A stretch of 60,579 bases of DNA, the filler included, from Globobulimina sp. (lineage: Eukaryota): the NCBI GenBank assembly GCA_003354225.1. It is 14 parts of 14 records of this genome, joined end to end, with 100 filler letters (N's around TTAATTAATTAA, not from the genome) between each part and the next. Parts side by side here need not be neighbours in the genome. Positions count along the whole stretch, not along the records: positions 34,694 to 38,925 come from PIVH01001436.1; positions 39,026 to 43,257 come from PIVH01001437.1; positions 43,358 to 47,589 come from PIVH01001438.1; positions 47,690 to 51,920 come from PIVH01001439.1; 10 more parts are not named here. One strand, written 5' to 3'. How positions within the stretch are numbered: position 1 is the stretch's first letter; every line of letters starts with the position of its first letter. The position numbers and the translations under genes are program-made. Under the pieces are notes generated by a model. It ran no database searches and had not been told where the DNA came from. It worked only from the letters and a program-made list of their open reading frames with translations. Positions 37,601 to 48,103 of the stretch are shown here, in pieces.

Positions 37601-37938
37601 AGCAAATGCTTGCCCACGCTCATGCCCATGCCCAGCAAGTGTACAATAACCAGGCTCAGGCTCAGGCTCAAGCGCAGGCCCAGGCCCAGGCATTTAATCG
37701 ACACAACCAGTCCTTAATTAATATGAATCCGCAATCGCTTATTAATCCCCTTGCTCATAACAATAACAATAATCATCATCGACAAGTAATGGATCAATCG
37801 CTCATTAAAATTAATCCAAACCAGAATTTAAATCATCCAAACCATCAAAATCATATTAATGTTGCTATGGTTCATAATCGCCAATCTCCGTTATTTACAC
37901 CTACGCAATCTCCACAATTTCGACCATTCTCGCATTAA
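34696..37938 (+). CDS. Q/N/H-rich low-complexity protein with central Zn-ribbon globular domain and PAM2-like motif; 5' truncated
   Basis: Long open frame with CTWC..CLNC inside an ordered region (~35480-36190), polyQ and polyH tracts, and SLNAGAAPF. Confidence 0.8.
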   Translation, partial: GGAHHGHNHGFNVNNLNLNLNLNGNLGASSHGVAVAGGGGGGAVNNRTSRSHHNTPNPHSHLQQTTTSPLTPHSVHTARTTINSPHSVHSSHTPHTPHSMNHAFPRFTPYKAQTAVSTTSSSQYSQHSWNQQQKSPNNSLKESAGKESLAMSANNKLSPNNRKEERSERNELDVDDNESDEKLVVVGDKHLVQVQVQVPVVAIRNKSKSKPSSSQSPKASSTFINSAPRLNYDSEGLSAADVEEVLSQLEIRPDTLRDSSTDFRPVFSCIRPIVCHKSNTPFYAQCSTAKLGYCTWCRQLRRGNQKQGSICLNCGERLTAKYHRWYPHLVRLEPLEKTRTKSMYIRYKPVFERFGITWHNDKQFDFVIDHYMLMKIYLSTENFNIDPLHLERTYMIGVFAGREFNTGALARKLLREGTKLAMFRADFPDYYDFLRDERAAVAEQMNLRFFQGIYKCYFHAHYTNIEGWYDPSVISRESIIETFKELCNTILAHTALAHINQNQSNVNEKNTVVDDNGNNGNNHRTINGARKYTKKQHNNNKHNKQRHNNNKQRNKNHNHIHNNIQQQLNNNTMQQQQQQQQQQQQQQQQNIITLTQANNMQQQLHNTMNMIPNGMNMGIANIYNTNPMNPMNPINQINAINNQINNQQQQQHINNMNNMKEKENKNNQLLAATQSMLNEISAMPPINQLSVTNMSAITPIGKVKTFQFNNPANSTPTTLIRSNSQTQISPAYLPPLATTPRFTVPTPRAAVPNMNNQQYHLLNINNTSPIQMQANGSNPPSVSMLSANNLQIPTSMLKNTSGGGHSTSNSTSHSHSHSHSHTHSNTNSNSNSHSSNGKKEESSGLDKKNDDKLATPKSKSASKKSKKISINGSKNNSLNAGAAPFLLNTSSVMSPPISPRNFARNRFVAPPPPQSFAFPPPPLPQTTNWLPVPPVVNNNNHHHAHRHPHHHHAHHHQQQQQQHHHQQQQQMLAHAHAHAQQVYNNQAQAQAQAQAQAQAFNRHNQSLINMNPQSLINPLAHNNNNNHHRQVMDQSLIKINPNQNLNHPNHQNHINVAMVHNRQSPLFTPTQSPQFRPFSH

Positions 37939-39135
37939 ATGTGACTGTATTAGATTAGTAACTTTGTATTATTATGTATTTTATCTTTGTAAGCACTTCT
38001 TTCCTTTTTTTTTTGTTTTTCTTCTTTTTGTATGTAAGTATGTTGTGTATAAATATAATATTTTAGCAAGCATTTGTGTGTAATATTATTATTTTTTATT
38101 TTTAATGACACTCTCTTTCCTTATTTTTTTTCCCAACATATTTATACTTTTTTTTTCCTGCCTTTTTTTTTCTTGAAAATATTTGAATTTTTCTGTGTTT
38201 TTGTTTTTTTTTTATTTTTTGTGGGCTGGTGAATAGGATCATATTTATCCATATTTTTTTCTCTTTTTATTTTTTCTCCCTTGAAGTTAACCGTTTATTG
38301 ATTATTGCTGATTTTATGTGTTTTTGTTTTGTTTTGTTTTATTTTTGATAGCTTATAGTTAATTGATTTTATATGCATTTCATGATTTTGTTCTTTTTTT
38401 CGGATTTTTCTTTAATCAAAAAAACAAAAACAAAAAATTTTTAAAATTATTATTATTAAATATTATATATTGTTATTATTTTTGATCATGAATCATATTT
38501 ATTATTATAAAAAAACGCAATGATTGTTTATTGTATTTGTAATTTGTTTATATTTCTTTTGATTACTTTTTATTTTTTCCTCCATTTATACGGGGTTTTA
38601 TGTGAATGACTATGAAATGAATGTTGTTTGAAATCAATTTCCGTTAATTTTGGTTTTTTTATGTTTGGTATTCAATATTACTTTCTTTTTGTTTTCGTTT
38701 TTGTTTGTTTTTATTTCTTTATAATTTGATGTTTTTTTTTGGGTTAGTGATGAATTTCTTATTCCTTATTCTTATCTCTTATGTACTTTTAACGCAATGA
38801 AACAAAAAGAATTTAACATATATACAAGTTTGTAAAATCATTTTGATTGTATACATAAAATGACAAACATTCAATTAGAATTAAACACTTTTCTATGTTT
38901 TGGTTGCACAAAGTTAGTAATAAAANNNNNNNNNNNNNNNNNNNNNNNNNNNNNNNNNNNNNNNNNNNNTTAATTAATTAANNNNNNNNNNNNNNNNNNN
39001 NNNNNNNNNNNNNNNNNNNNNNNNNTGTCATTTGCATGGACTAGAGGTGTTACTGCAGAGTTTTTCTCTAACTCTTAAAAAAACATCTAATTAAGCATCG
39101 GTACAATGTAAATAAATCGAACACACATAATTATC

Positions 39136-40395
39136 TCATTCCATTTGTTTGATAGAACGCATTTCATTCCACGATTTCCATTCTCCTAAAACCAACTCTG
39201 GTCTTTCTTTTATTATTGTATCAAGTCTATAATTGCATGCCTCAAATATCTTCATCTTCACCTTTATATCTTGATTTGTTTGCGTATTGGCAGTCATATC
39301 TGCGGATTCAATGCTATCCGTCTCCACATTCCTTGCAATTCGTCTCTTAATATCATCATTACACTCTCCCTGCTCCCAACAATAAATAAGTTGTGTTGCT
39401 TCCATCATATTATCAACAACAAATTCTGTCTGTATAATCTTAAAATAATCGCTCGTTTTCTTAGAATTACCATTCCCTTCCAATATAATATCAAATTGCT
39501 TGATCCAAAACATTGCATAAACGCAATAAAAACTGTTTATAAGTTCAAACTTTACGTCACCTTTTATGGTAAAATACCACTGATAATAAACAGAAATAAT
39601 ATCATCATTCGACTTGGAGTCATCACCAAAGAAATCAGTTAATCTCTGCGTAAATCCTTCATTCATTACATATGCATTTATCGATTCGGAGCTAGGTTGT
39701 GTTATATCGACGCTCCACCATCGATCGATGGGGTCTCGCATTTCAAATATTATCTTTGTCCCATATTCCAATGCAAAATGTGCAAATATCGCGGCAGTGA
39801 CCGGGTTTTGATGATATTTTGTATTCCTGATCAATATATTTTTGTTTCCATCATCTTTTGTATCAGCAATGCAATAACTTGCTACATATTTTTGTATTGG
39901 GATATACTCCAAAATGCCTTCAATGTCAAATTGAATTGTTGCTAATGATAAATTCAAATATTGTACGTCGTAGTTAGTGGTTTTAATGTTTGGGATGAAG
40001 TTATTTGTGGAAAATACTGAATTGTGCAACATTTGTGAAGTATAATCATAATTTCCATCGTATAACGAATCATCGTGAATTGACGGCGAACAACATGAAA
40101 AGTACATTGTTTGACATAACAATTGTTCCAAAGTTGAAGTGCCTGTAAATATGCCGCCGATAAATATTAATTTCGGAAGTGATGTGACCTTTTTATCAAC
40201 TTCTTTACTCAACGTTGATGGGATTAAATCTTGGTCGCGTTCAGATGAATTTGCATCGATGAAAAATGATATTGGAGCAAATGACATATCCGAGTATATA
40301 AATGTTGTTATACAAATGCAAAATAAGAGCAGACATAAGACACATGCGGATTTTGGTGCTTTTGCTCTGGTACTGTTTGTCTGCAACGACGCCAT
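39136..40395 (-). CDS. Golgi-type sulfotransferase (heparan 3-O-sulfotransferase-like fold), divergent
   Basis: Type II TM, 5'-PSB-like PKLIFIGGIFTGTSTL, 3'-PB KIIFEMRDPIDRWWS, and a late FEACNYRL motif. Confidence 0.75.
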   Translation of the reverse strand: MASLQTNSTRAKAPKSACVLCLLLFCICITTFIYSDMSFAPISFFIDANSSERDQDLIPSTLSKEVDKKVTSLPKLIFIGGIFTGTSTLEQLLCQTMYFSCCSPSIHDDSLYDGNYDYTSQMLHNSVFSTNNFIPNIKTTNYDVQYLNLSLATIQFDIEGILEYIPIQKYVASYCIADTKDDGNKNILIRNTKYHQNPVTAAIFAHFALEYGTKIIFEMRDPIDRWWSVDITQPSSESINAYVMNEGFTQRLTDFFGDDSKSNDDIISVYYQWYFTIKGDVKFELINSFYCVYAMFWIKQFDIILEGNGNSKKTSDYFKIIQTEFVVDNMMEATQLIYCWEQGECNDDIKRRIARNVETDSIESADMTANTQTNQDIKVKMKIFEACNYRLDTIIKERPELVLGEWKSWNEMRSIKQME

Positions 40396-40589
40396 GTTTT
40401 GAGCTAAAAGTTGAAAATGTGTTGAAAAGCTAGGAACACTGAACATGCAGACAATTGACAATTTAAAATATTACGAAAATCCACCAAATGTATTGCAATT
40501 GATTGTATTCTGCAGCTGCTATTTTGTTGATTATGATATATAAATAATTGTTGATCTAAAATTGCGAAACAAATATAGCTTATAATAGA

Positions 40590-41684
40590 ATGAATCGTTT
40601 ACGTTTCTTTCTGAAACGGATCAGTGGCAAACTGCGAAACCGAAAGCAAATATTGGTTGCATTTATTTTTATTGTAATATTTTATGGCATCATGCAAGTT
40701 ATGCAACGAAAAAAAAGAAAAATGAAAGGAAGATACAAATCGCGTCAAATCAGCATGAAAAGTGCTCACAAACACCGAATAGTTTTCGGAGGATCAGGCA
40801 ATTTATTTCATTATCAAATGGGTGCAATGAAAGCAATTTTTGAGCATTTTGGTGTTGATTCGTTTAAGAAATGTACGTTTGAAGGTGTATCCGGAGGAGC
40901 AATAACCGCTGGTTATTCCATTGCAACAATGCATGGATGTCATAATCTTGATTATTGGCAGAACTTTGCGTCAGTTCCAGCAAAATCAAGCAGTAACAAG
41001 GTTTTTGGAATGTTTTTCACGCTTTCCGACGAAATACATTCAGAGAGCTATGCTTGGTATGATGCAGTTATGCAATGGAATAATAATATCGTTCCCGATT
41101 GGTTGAAAAATGATGAATATGTAGCATGGGTGACTTCAATCTCAAACAAACAATTTTTAGAAAGCATAAACCACTCTTTTACAGTTCCAGCCAGTTTTAT
41201 GGCAGACTTGGCGAGGGCCACATCATTCATTCCATTGATTACATCGAAATGGTTTTATTGCAAAGTAAAGGAAACAAAGTGCGTTGATGGAGTGCTTGCC
41301 ATGCTATTGGGAGACAAAAGCATTTTCAGAGCAAAAAACTGTGAAAATGAAACTTGCCACATTCTATATATAAATTGCGGTTTGAACACCAAACGTAAGT
41401 ACAATAAGAAAATGCTAAAGAATGGGAATTCAGTGTATTATTTGGATATATGTAAATGGGGTAATTTCAAATTTTCAGACTATGTGGTATGGGGTGGTGT
41501 CAATGTAAGCAATGATTTATACCACAAAGGTTATCGTTTGGCCACATTGAATATAAATCAGATAAACACAGTTTTGAACGAGTTTTTCTCTGAAGTTGAA
41601 GTAAAAGATGATTTTGATAGCAAGGCTCCAACGCTAAAGCATCTCACCATGAACATTTTAAAACCTATACAGACAAATATTTAA
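40590..41684 (+). CDS. Patatin-like phospholipase with N-terminal TM
   Basis: FGGSGNLFHYQMG, GVSGG (catalytic Ser), ATSFIP and VDGV (catalytic Asp). Confidence 0.88.
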   Translation: MNRLRFFLKRISGKLRNRKQILVAFIFIVIFYGIMQVMQRKKRKMKGRYKSRQISMKSAHKHRIVFGGSGNLFHYQMGAMKAIFEHFGVDSFKKCTFEGVSGGAITAGYSIATMHGCHNLDYWQNFASVPAKSSSNKVFGMFFTLSDEIHSESYAWYDAVMQWNNNIVPDWLKNDEYVAWVTSISNKQFLESINHSFTVPASFMADLARATSFIPLITSKWFYCKVKETKCVDGVLAMLLGDKSIFRAKNCENETCHILYINCGLNTKRKYNKKMLKNGNSVYYLDICKWGNFKFSDYVVWGGVNVSNDLYHKGYRLATLNINQINTVLNEFFSEVEVKDDFDSKAPTLKHLTMNILKPIQTNI

Positions 41685-41932
41685 TAACTTTCTATCTTGA
41701 AAAAATCACAAACCACTTTTTTTTGAAAAGACAAAGTACATAGCATCCTGTTTTCAGCGTCACATTTTTATTGGGGAACGGTGACGCAAACCGTTTCTGG
41801 TGTGTCGTCGTGACGAGCAGACGTGACGAGGGCATTTGATTTACTCCAACAACCCCTTATGTAAGTTCCTTTTAACTCACTTAAGTAGTTTAAAAAAACT
41901 GTGTACAAAACAAACGAAAACGTTCACAGAAA

Positions 41933-43257
41933 ATGAACCATACTGCCACGAAAAGACGGTCCCAATTATTAGTAAGTGGATACGTTAGGAAATGTAGCAC
42001 TCCATACATCCATACAGATATTATTAGCATTATTCATGCATTCCATTATTATATTTTATTGCTATTATATTCTATTGGTGCGAATGAGGAGGGACAACAA
42101 GGTAATGGAGGAAATGAAGATATTAAACAAATAACAAAAATAAAAACATTTGAAAAAGAAATAAAAAATATTGTTAGTTGTTCTGAAGAAGCATATATTT
42201 TATTTGATGATGAAACCTATGAATGTTGCGGTTATAATGGAAGGGGTGTATTAGGTGTTGGACATTGTAATAATATTAATATATGGCATCAAATAAAAGA
42301 TATGAAAATAAAAAATATATTTGCAGCACCATACGGATCAGATCACGCATTTTGTATTTCCAATGAGAATAAATTATATGCTGTCGGATGGAATAATGTG
42401 AATCAGTTTGGTATAAATACAAACGAAGAAAACAACAATCAATGGAGAGCAATTAATACATCATTCTCGATTCAAAAAGTAGTCACAGCAGGGCAATATA
42501 CAACATTTTTAAGTGATAATGGTAAAATATATGTTGCTGGTTATGATGATGGTGGTGGTGGTTTAGGATTAGGTGAAGATATTAAATCATCCCCAAATAT
42601 TCAAGAAATTCAAATAAAAATAAAATTTAAGGATATATATTGTGGACGTTCGCATACCTTAGCAATTGATGATAATTATGGTGTTTGGTCGTGGGGCAAT
42701 GGTTATTATGGTAGTTTAGGCCATGGAGATGTTAATAATAGATATTTGCCAACAAGAATACAATATTTTATTCAAAACAAGATTAAAATTGGTAAAATAT
42801 GTTGTGGTTATTATCATAATATATTATTATCATTAAATAACAAAGTTTTGTTCTTTTGTGTTGTGTTTACTTATTTTTACAAATATATTTTAATAAATAA
42901 ATAAGGCATATTGTTTTGGAGTGAATGTGCAGTATCAATGTGGTAATGGTTCAAATGAAACTGTATATTTACCACAACCAAATGAAACATTAAAAAAGGA
43001 AACAATTATTGATATTAAATGTGGTGGCTTTCATAATATTGTTAAAACAGTGGATAACAAATATTATTTATGGGGATATAATGAATATAATCAATGTTTA
43101 CATGTTGATGATGCCAATCCGCCATCACATATTAAGAAATTGTGGATATTTCGGTTTACAGAAATCATCCCGGTATTGAATATGACAGAAGAGAACAAAC
43201 TATTGTTGTGTTCAAAAGTGTTTTTGATATTTAGATTTTACCTAAACTCAAAAAGCA
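41933..43257 (+). CDS. RCC1-repeat protein with N-terminal VxGYxR module (intron 42845-42905); 3' end truncated or chimeric
   Basis: CGRSHTLAI..VWSWGNGYYGSLGHG, CCGYYHNI and KCGGFHNI..YLWGYNEYNQC. Confidence 0.9.
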
Positions 43258-43494
43258 NNNNNNNNNNNNNNNNNNNNNNNNNNNNNNNNNNNNNNNNNNN
43301 NTTAATTAATTAANNNNNNNNNNNNNNNNNNNNNNNNNNNNNNNNNNNNNNNNNNNNTTAAAAAAAAAAAAAAAAGAAAGAGTGCTGAGAATTGCAGGAA
43401 TTCCAAACCCAAAACAAACAAAAAGCAGCACTCAAAATAAAAAATACAATATTATTAATTTATCATTTAAAAAGAATACAGATCGCGATGGAAT

Positions 43495-45463
43495 TTACTG
43501 TGTTGGATTATTATCACTGGCATTTGTGATTAGGTTTGTATTTGTGTTTGTGTTCGTGTTTGTGTTTGTGTTTGTGTTTGAATTTGTATTTGTGTAAAGA
43601 GTAAAATTATGTTTATGAGTAAGTATATTTTTAACAAAATGAAAGTATTCGTGTTTTAATAATTGGTGTCCAAAAATGCGTTGATTGGCCCTCCATTTTA
43701 AGCATCTTGAAACTAAGTCGTATAAATGGCGATGCTCTAATTTGTGTAAATTGAAGTAAGCGTCCAATCGCTTTGCCTGTGCTCTTGACCGCTTTGCCTC
43801 GGCCAATTTCAAGGTACCATCGGGATGATGGAATAATTGCTTATATTTGGCATCCGAGGAGGCGCGGATTAAATCTCTGGGGAGAGCGCCAATCATTTTT
43901 TGCATTTGATTCAAATGATCGATGGGACAGTGCGTATTGAACACCATAGAACCATACAAAAACTCCAATACGACACAACCGACAGACCAGACATCCACCG
44001 GCCTCTTCCACGCCATTTCTAATACAACCTCTGGGGCCCGGTAATGGCGCGTCTGGATCAAATAATTGTATCCATCCTTAAACTTCCATGTTTTTGGGTT
44101 GTTTGGGTCATACCGCGGTTCGTAGACCGCAGAGCCAAAATCTACAATTTTAATGCGTGTATCGAGTGGTATTAAATGCGTTTTGTTGTGTATGCGAACT
44201 GGATAAGTGCGACCATCCACAAACACCATGTTTTCCGGTTTCAAATCGGTGAATATTATGCCCAAATGGTGTAGAAACTGTATGGCATTACAGATCTGAT
44301 ACGTTAACGATCGAGCAATGCAATCTGGGAATGCTCGGAATCTATTTCGTGACATTATTGTGTATATGGAAGGGCCATATAATTTAAACACAAAACATGG
44401 ATGTTGCTTCCATGAGAAGTGGTCTTTTAAATGGATACAGGCCGAGGTGCCGTCATCTGCGTTGGTCAAATGCTGTAATACTCGTAATTCGGTTTTTGCT
44501 GCTTCTATATATCTATGAGTGTTTCGGATCACTTTTATAGCACATCTTGTTTGATCCGATACGTCGACGGCTTCAAATACCTTAGAAAATGTCCCTGCAA
44601 TTTGCGATTTTGCGTAATTATAAGAATATTGATTTGTTTACATTTCACACATGTTATTGTTACATACCTCGGCCTAAGATATCCGTCAAAACAAACTGGT
44701 TTCGTATAAACAGGCCAGCCTGAAATTCGATGTATCCCTTTTCGTCTGTTTTGTAGGTCGGCGGTCGTTGCAATTTGAATAGTTTTTGTATTTCTGGGGT
44801 GGCCATATTTGCTCGAAATACATTAGTTGGAAGATGGGCATATTCGCGAGTCGGGAACTGCTGTTTAATGAGTGCAACATTACAAATATTAGTATTTCTT
44901 AGATTTTTGTTACATTTTAATATGTGTTTCTCGTCTTTCATCATAATATGAATATGTACAGCAAATTGAGCAAAAAAAAGGATTATGATCATGCAAATTA
45001 TTAATTATGTCACTTGACAGTCATACTAGTCGCACTTAACTGGTCTGGCCTTTTTCTTTTGTTTTGTGGGATAACTATGCGAGAGTTTGCCGCCACCATT
45101 TATTTGGGTCATGGAGGAGGAGGAGGAGGAGGATGTTTTATTTTTATTATTGCCGTGATTTGAGATCGATTTTGTTGTCGTATATTTGCTTTTGTTTCTT
45201 TCTTGTCGTCGTTGTTCTCGTTGCTGTTTTTGTAAATGTTGTAAATATTCGCGTTGTTGCCGTAAATATTCTTTTTGTAGTTCGGTTGGCGTCGAAGTCG
45301 AATGATTGTGCTGATGTTTGTTTTTGTTCTTATTGGTGGAATGCGAGGAATGTTGTTTATGATCGTCGTCGTGAGAATCAGTGGGTGCTATTTTTTTACT
45401 GTTTCTGTTTGTATGTTTTTTCGTAAAACCAAATTTTTTAAATACTGATTGCAAATCGCTCAT
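43495..45463 (-). CDS. CLK/LAMMER-family dual-specificity kinase (introns 44861-45040, 44595-44667; probable 3' intron)
   Basis: DEKGYI, LGRGTFSKV, AIKVIR, EAAKTE, TDLKPEN, VDFGSA, IQTRHYRAPEV, DVWSVGC and a LAMMER-position DHLNQMQKMIG. Confidence 0.9.
43535..43594. repeat. (TTTGTG)n hexamer microsatellite
   Basis: About 10 degenerate tttgtg/tttgta units, probably inside a terminal intron of the kinase gene. Confidence 0.8.
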
Positions 45464-45993
45464 TCGATTCGGTAGCTTTTGAGTAAGGAATGAATGCTTT
45501 CTCCAATAAACTACTCTTTCTCTAAAGGTATGGTATGGTATGGACACAAATCAAAACATGAAAATAAAATAAAATAAAATAAAATAATAAAAAAAAAACA
45601 TGTGCATGATATCATATGATGGGAGTCGGACAACGAAATGCATCGAAACGTTTGTGTTATTTTGGTTTATTTTGATGTTACTAAAATAGGTTGGGATGAT
45701 AATGGGTTGATTTATGTGAATTATTGTTTGCTTGATTGACTTGGATGGGATCGGATTGAGTTTGTGTTGAGGATAAATCCACAAACGACTCGATACAGTC
45801 TAACAAATCTATGTCGACGCCCAAGACATGTTGCAAAGAGAGAAAATGTAACGCCATGCATACCTTACTAAGTTTTTGTTCAGAAACCTCAAATCAAAAT
45901 CCATTGTTATAATCTTTTCAGTACAGTATATTGTACAAATAGTAATAGTCGAAAATAAAATTCGTGGACCACATAATGGGCGTATACGTATAC

Positions 45994-47454
45994 ATGATAT
46001 ACTCGGTTTTATTGATGCTAGCATTTGCTACAGGTTTAGATATAGAAATTGAAGGAGAATTGACATGGAGAGATATAAATATATCATTACCGACATCAAC
46101 CGCACATCAAGTAATTGGATATTATCCAAATGCAGATCGTGTATATTTAATTGGCGGTGATAATGTTTCCAACGACTTTTGGTCGCTACAATTTAACGAA
46201 ACATATGATGGTTGGAATCAAAATGAAAAAATCTCATTTGAAAATCTAAAAATCATTGAATATACACAATCATATTTCTCATCATTACATAACATCATTT
46301 ATATAAAAACGAATGAAATTATTCATATTTATGATATGGAAATTGATTTTTTTAATGAGAATGTAATCACATTGCCAATGCATTTGAGCAAAGGCTGTAT
46401 GACTGTTTATTATGATAAATATAATGCAAATGTCGAGTATTTAATAATAATTGGATCAAAAACAAGGTCAAACGGCGATGAACCAACGACGTGGATATAT
46501 AAAGTGGATCAGTTGGCACATAATATTTCATTTTATGATGTTGGCCCAGATCTCATTGGTCTACGACAGGATCATTGCTGTACGGTTTTGGATGATTATT
46601 TGTATGTAATTGGCGGCGTATATCAGGATACGCGATTTATTGAGCAATGGCCAATTGACATCAATAAGGATGAAAACGAAGATTTTGATGATTTTACAAA
46701 TATTGATACATTAATTAATACAGACATTGCACATCAGAACTTACCACAATTTGGACATCGTTGCATCGTAAATAATAACACAAAGCAGATCTATGTAATT
46801 GGTGGCATTACAGACGAAGAGGAGAAATATTTTAATTATTCGCGATATGTATTTATTTTAGAAAGAAAGAATAACACTTTGTATGAGATGAATTATGCGA
46901 AGAACATAAGAAGTGATAATAAGAGTAATTGGGGGGATATATTACCATCGCTGCCAATGGAAATAGCATACACCGCAGCAATGATTGATAAACACGGATA
47001 TTTAAATGTTTTTGGTGGTGAATTAAATTCAGAGAAATATACGAATCAATGGTTGCGAATAAATACAAAAAGCAATATGGTGGGTAATAATAATGAGGAT
47101 GTAATTTGGGCAAATCGTAAGAGACATAATCATAACGAACAGTGGGCTTTATTAATATTACTGATTATGGTGCTTTTGGTTGGTTTATGGTTTAAATGCA
47201 TTTCAAGAATTAGTAAATTAAGATCTGGCCAGCATCAAAGCAGCAGAATTGGCAATTATACGGATGGCACTGCGTACGATGAAATTACGGGTGAATCAGA
47301 AATCGATGATTTGGAAGACGTCGACATTGATGATGATAATGAGTCCGATGAGAATGATAAAAGTGATCAAATTTATAGCAATTTGCAAGGAATTCTTGCA
47401 AATCAATCTGACTTTGAAATTAATAACGCTGATAACGCTGAAACTGTTGTTTAA
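45994..47454 (+). CDS. Type I membrane protein with extracellular Kelch propeller
   Basis: Signal peptide; VYLIGG, LYVIGG, IYVIGG and LNVFGG repeats; TM WALLILLIMVLLVGLWF; acidic tail. Confidence 0.85.
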   Translation: MIYSVLLMLAFATGLDIEIEGELTWRDINISLPTSTAHQVIGYYPNADRVYLIGGDNVSNDFWSLQFNETYDGWNQNEKISFENLKIIEYTQSYFSSLHNIIYIKTNEIIHIYDMEIDFFNENVITLPMHLSKGCMTVYYDKYNANVEYLIIIGSKTRSNGDEPTTWIYKVDQLAHNISFYDVGPDLIGLRQDHCCTVLDDYLYVIGGVYQDTRFIEQWPIDINKDENEDFDDFTNIDTLINTDIAHQNLPQFGHRCIVNNNTKQIYVIGGITDEEEKYFNYSRYVFILERKNNTLYEMNYAKNIRSDNKSNWGDILPSLPMEIAYTAAMIDKHGYLNVFGGELNSEKYTNQWLRINTKSNMVGNNNEDVIWANRKRHNHNEQWALLILLIMVLLVGLWFKCISRISKLRSGQHQSSRIGNYTDGTAYDEITGESEIDDLEDVDIDDDNESDENDKSDQIYSNLQGILANQSDFEINNADNAETVV

Positions 47455-47556
47455 ATATATAAATGTTATATATTATATAAATGTTTTACTTTTTCTGTCT
47501 CTGTCCTTTCTTTTTTTCTTTTTTATTATTTTTTTCAATAACTTTTTATTTTTTAT

Positions 47557-47589
<33 letters not shown>

Positions 47590-47689
47590 NNNNNNNNNNN
47601 NNNNNNNNNNNNNNNNNNNNNNNNNNNNNNNNNTTAATTAATTAANNNNNNNNNNNNNNNNNNNNNNNNNNNNNNNNNNNNNNNNNNNN

Positions 47690-48103
47690 CACCTGCGGGC
47701 CCTGCGTTTTGGAAAAGAAAAATCCGACTGTTTCTGGATTCACGACAACAACACTGTCATGATCATGCACCCCTACCGCACCGATCTTGAAGGGCAGGAT
47801 TTAAGTACCTACCAGGATCCCAATGGCAAGTTCCTCTTCTCGGAAATGGTGACTGTGGTTGAAGAACATGGGGCGGGATATATTGATTATATGTGGCAAT
47901 GGAAAGATGATCCTTCCCGGATTGTGCCAAAAATTTCCTATGTGAAAGAGTTCAAGCCCTGGGGCTGGATACTCGGAAGTGGGATTTACATTGAAGACGT
48001 CAAAGCAGAAGTGGTGTCTTTTACTCGTGGGCTTGTCTGGGTTTGCGGATGCCTTGTCCTGCTGGTGACAGTATTGGCCATAGTTGTCATTCTGGTAGGG
48101 TAG
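47690..48103 (+). CDS. Bacterial Cache (sCache_2-type) sensor-domain fragment of a histidine kinase or chemoreceptor
   Basis: HLRALRFGKEKSDCFWIHD..MIMHPYRTDLEGQDLS..DPNGKFLF..GYIDYMWQW..PKISYVKEFKPWGWILGSGIYIEDV followed by a TM. GC content is markedly higher than in the flanks. Confidence 0.92.
   Translation, partial: HLRALRFGKEKSDCFWIHDNNTVMIMHPYRTDLEGQDLSTYQDPNGKFLFSEMVTVVEEHGAGYIDYMWQWKDDPSRIVPKISYVKEFKPWGWILGSGIYIEDVKAEVVSFTRGLVWVCGCLVLLVTVLAIVVILVG

Noticed and set aside
43382-43597. FVFVFV ORF and the NTNTNT kinase tail
   Set aside because: Both are translations of a hexamer microsatellite that is probably intronic.
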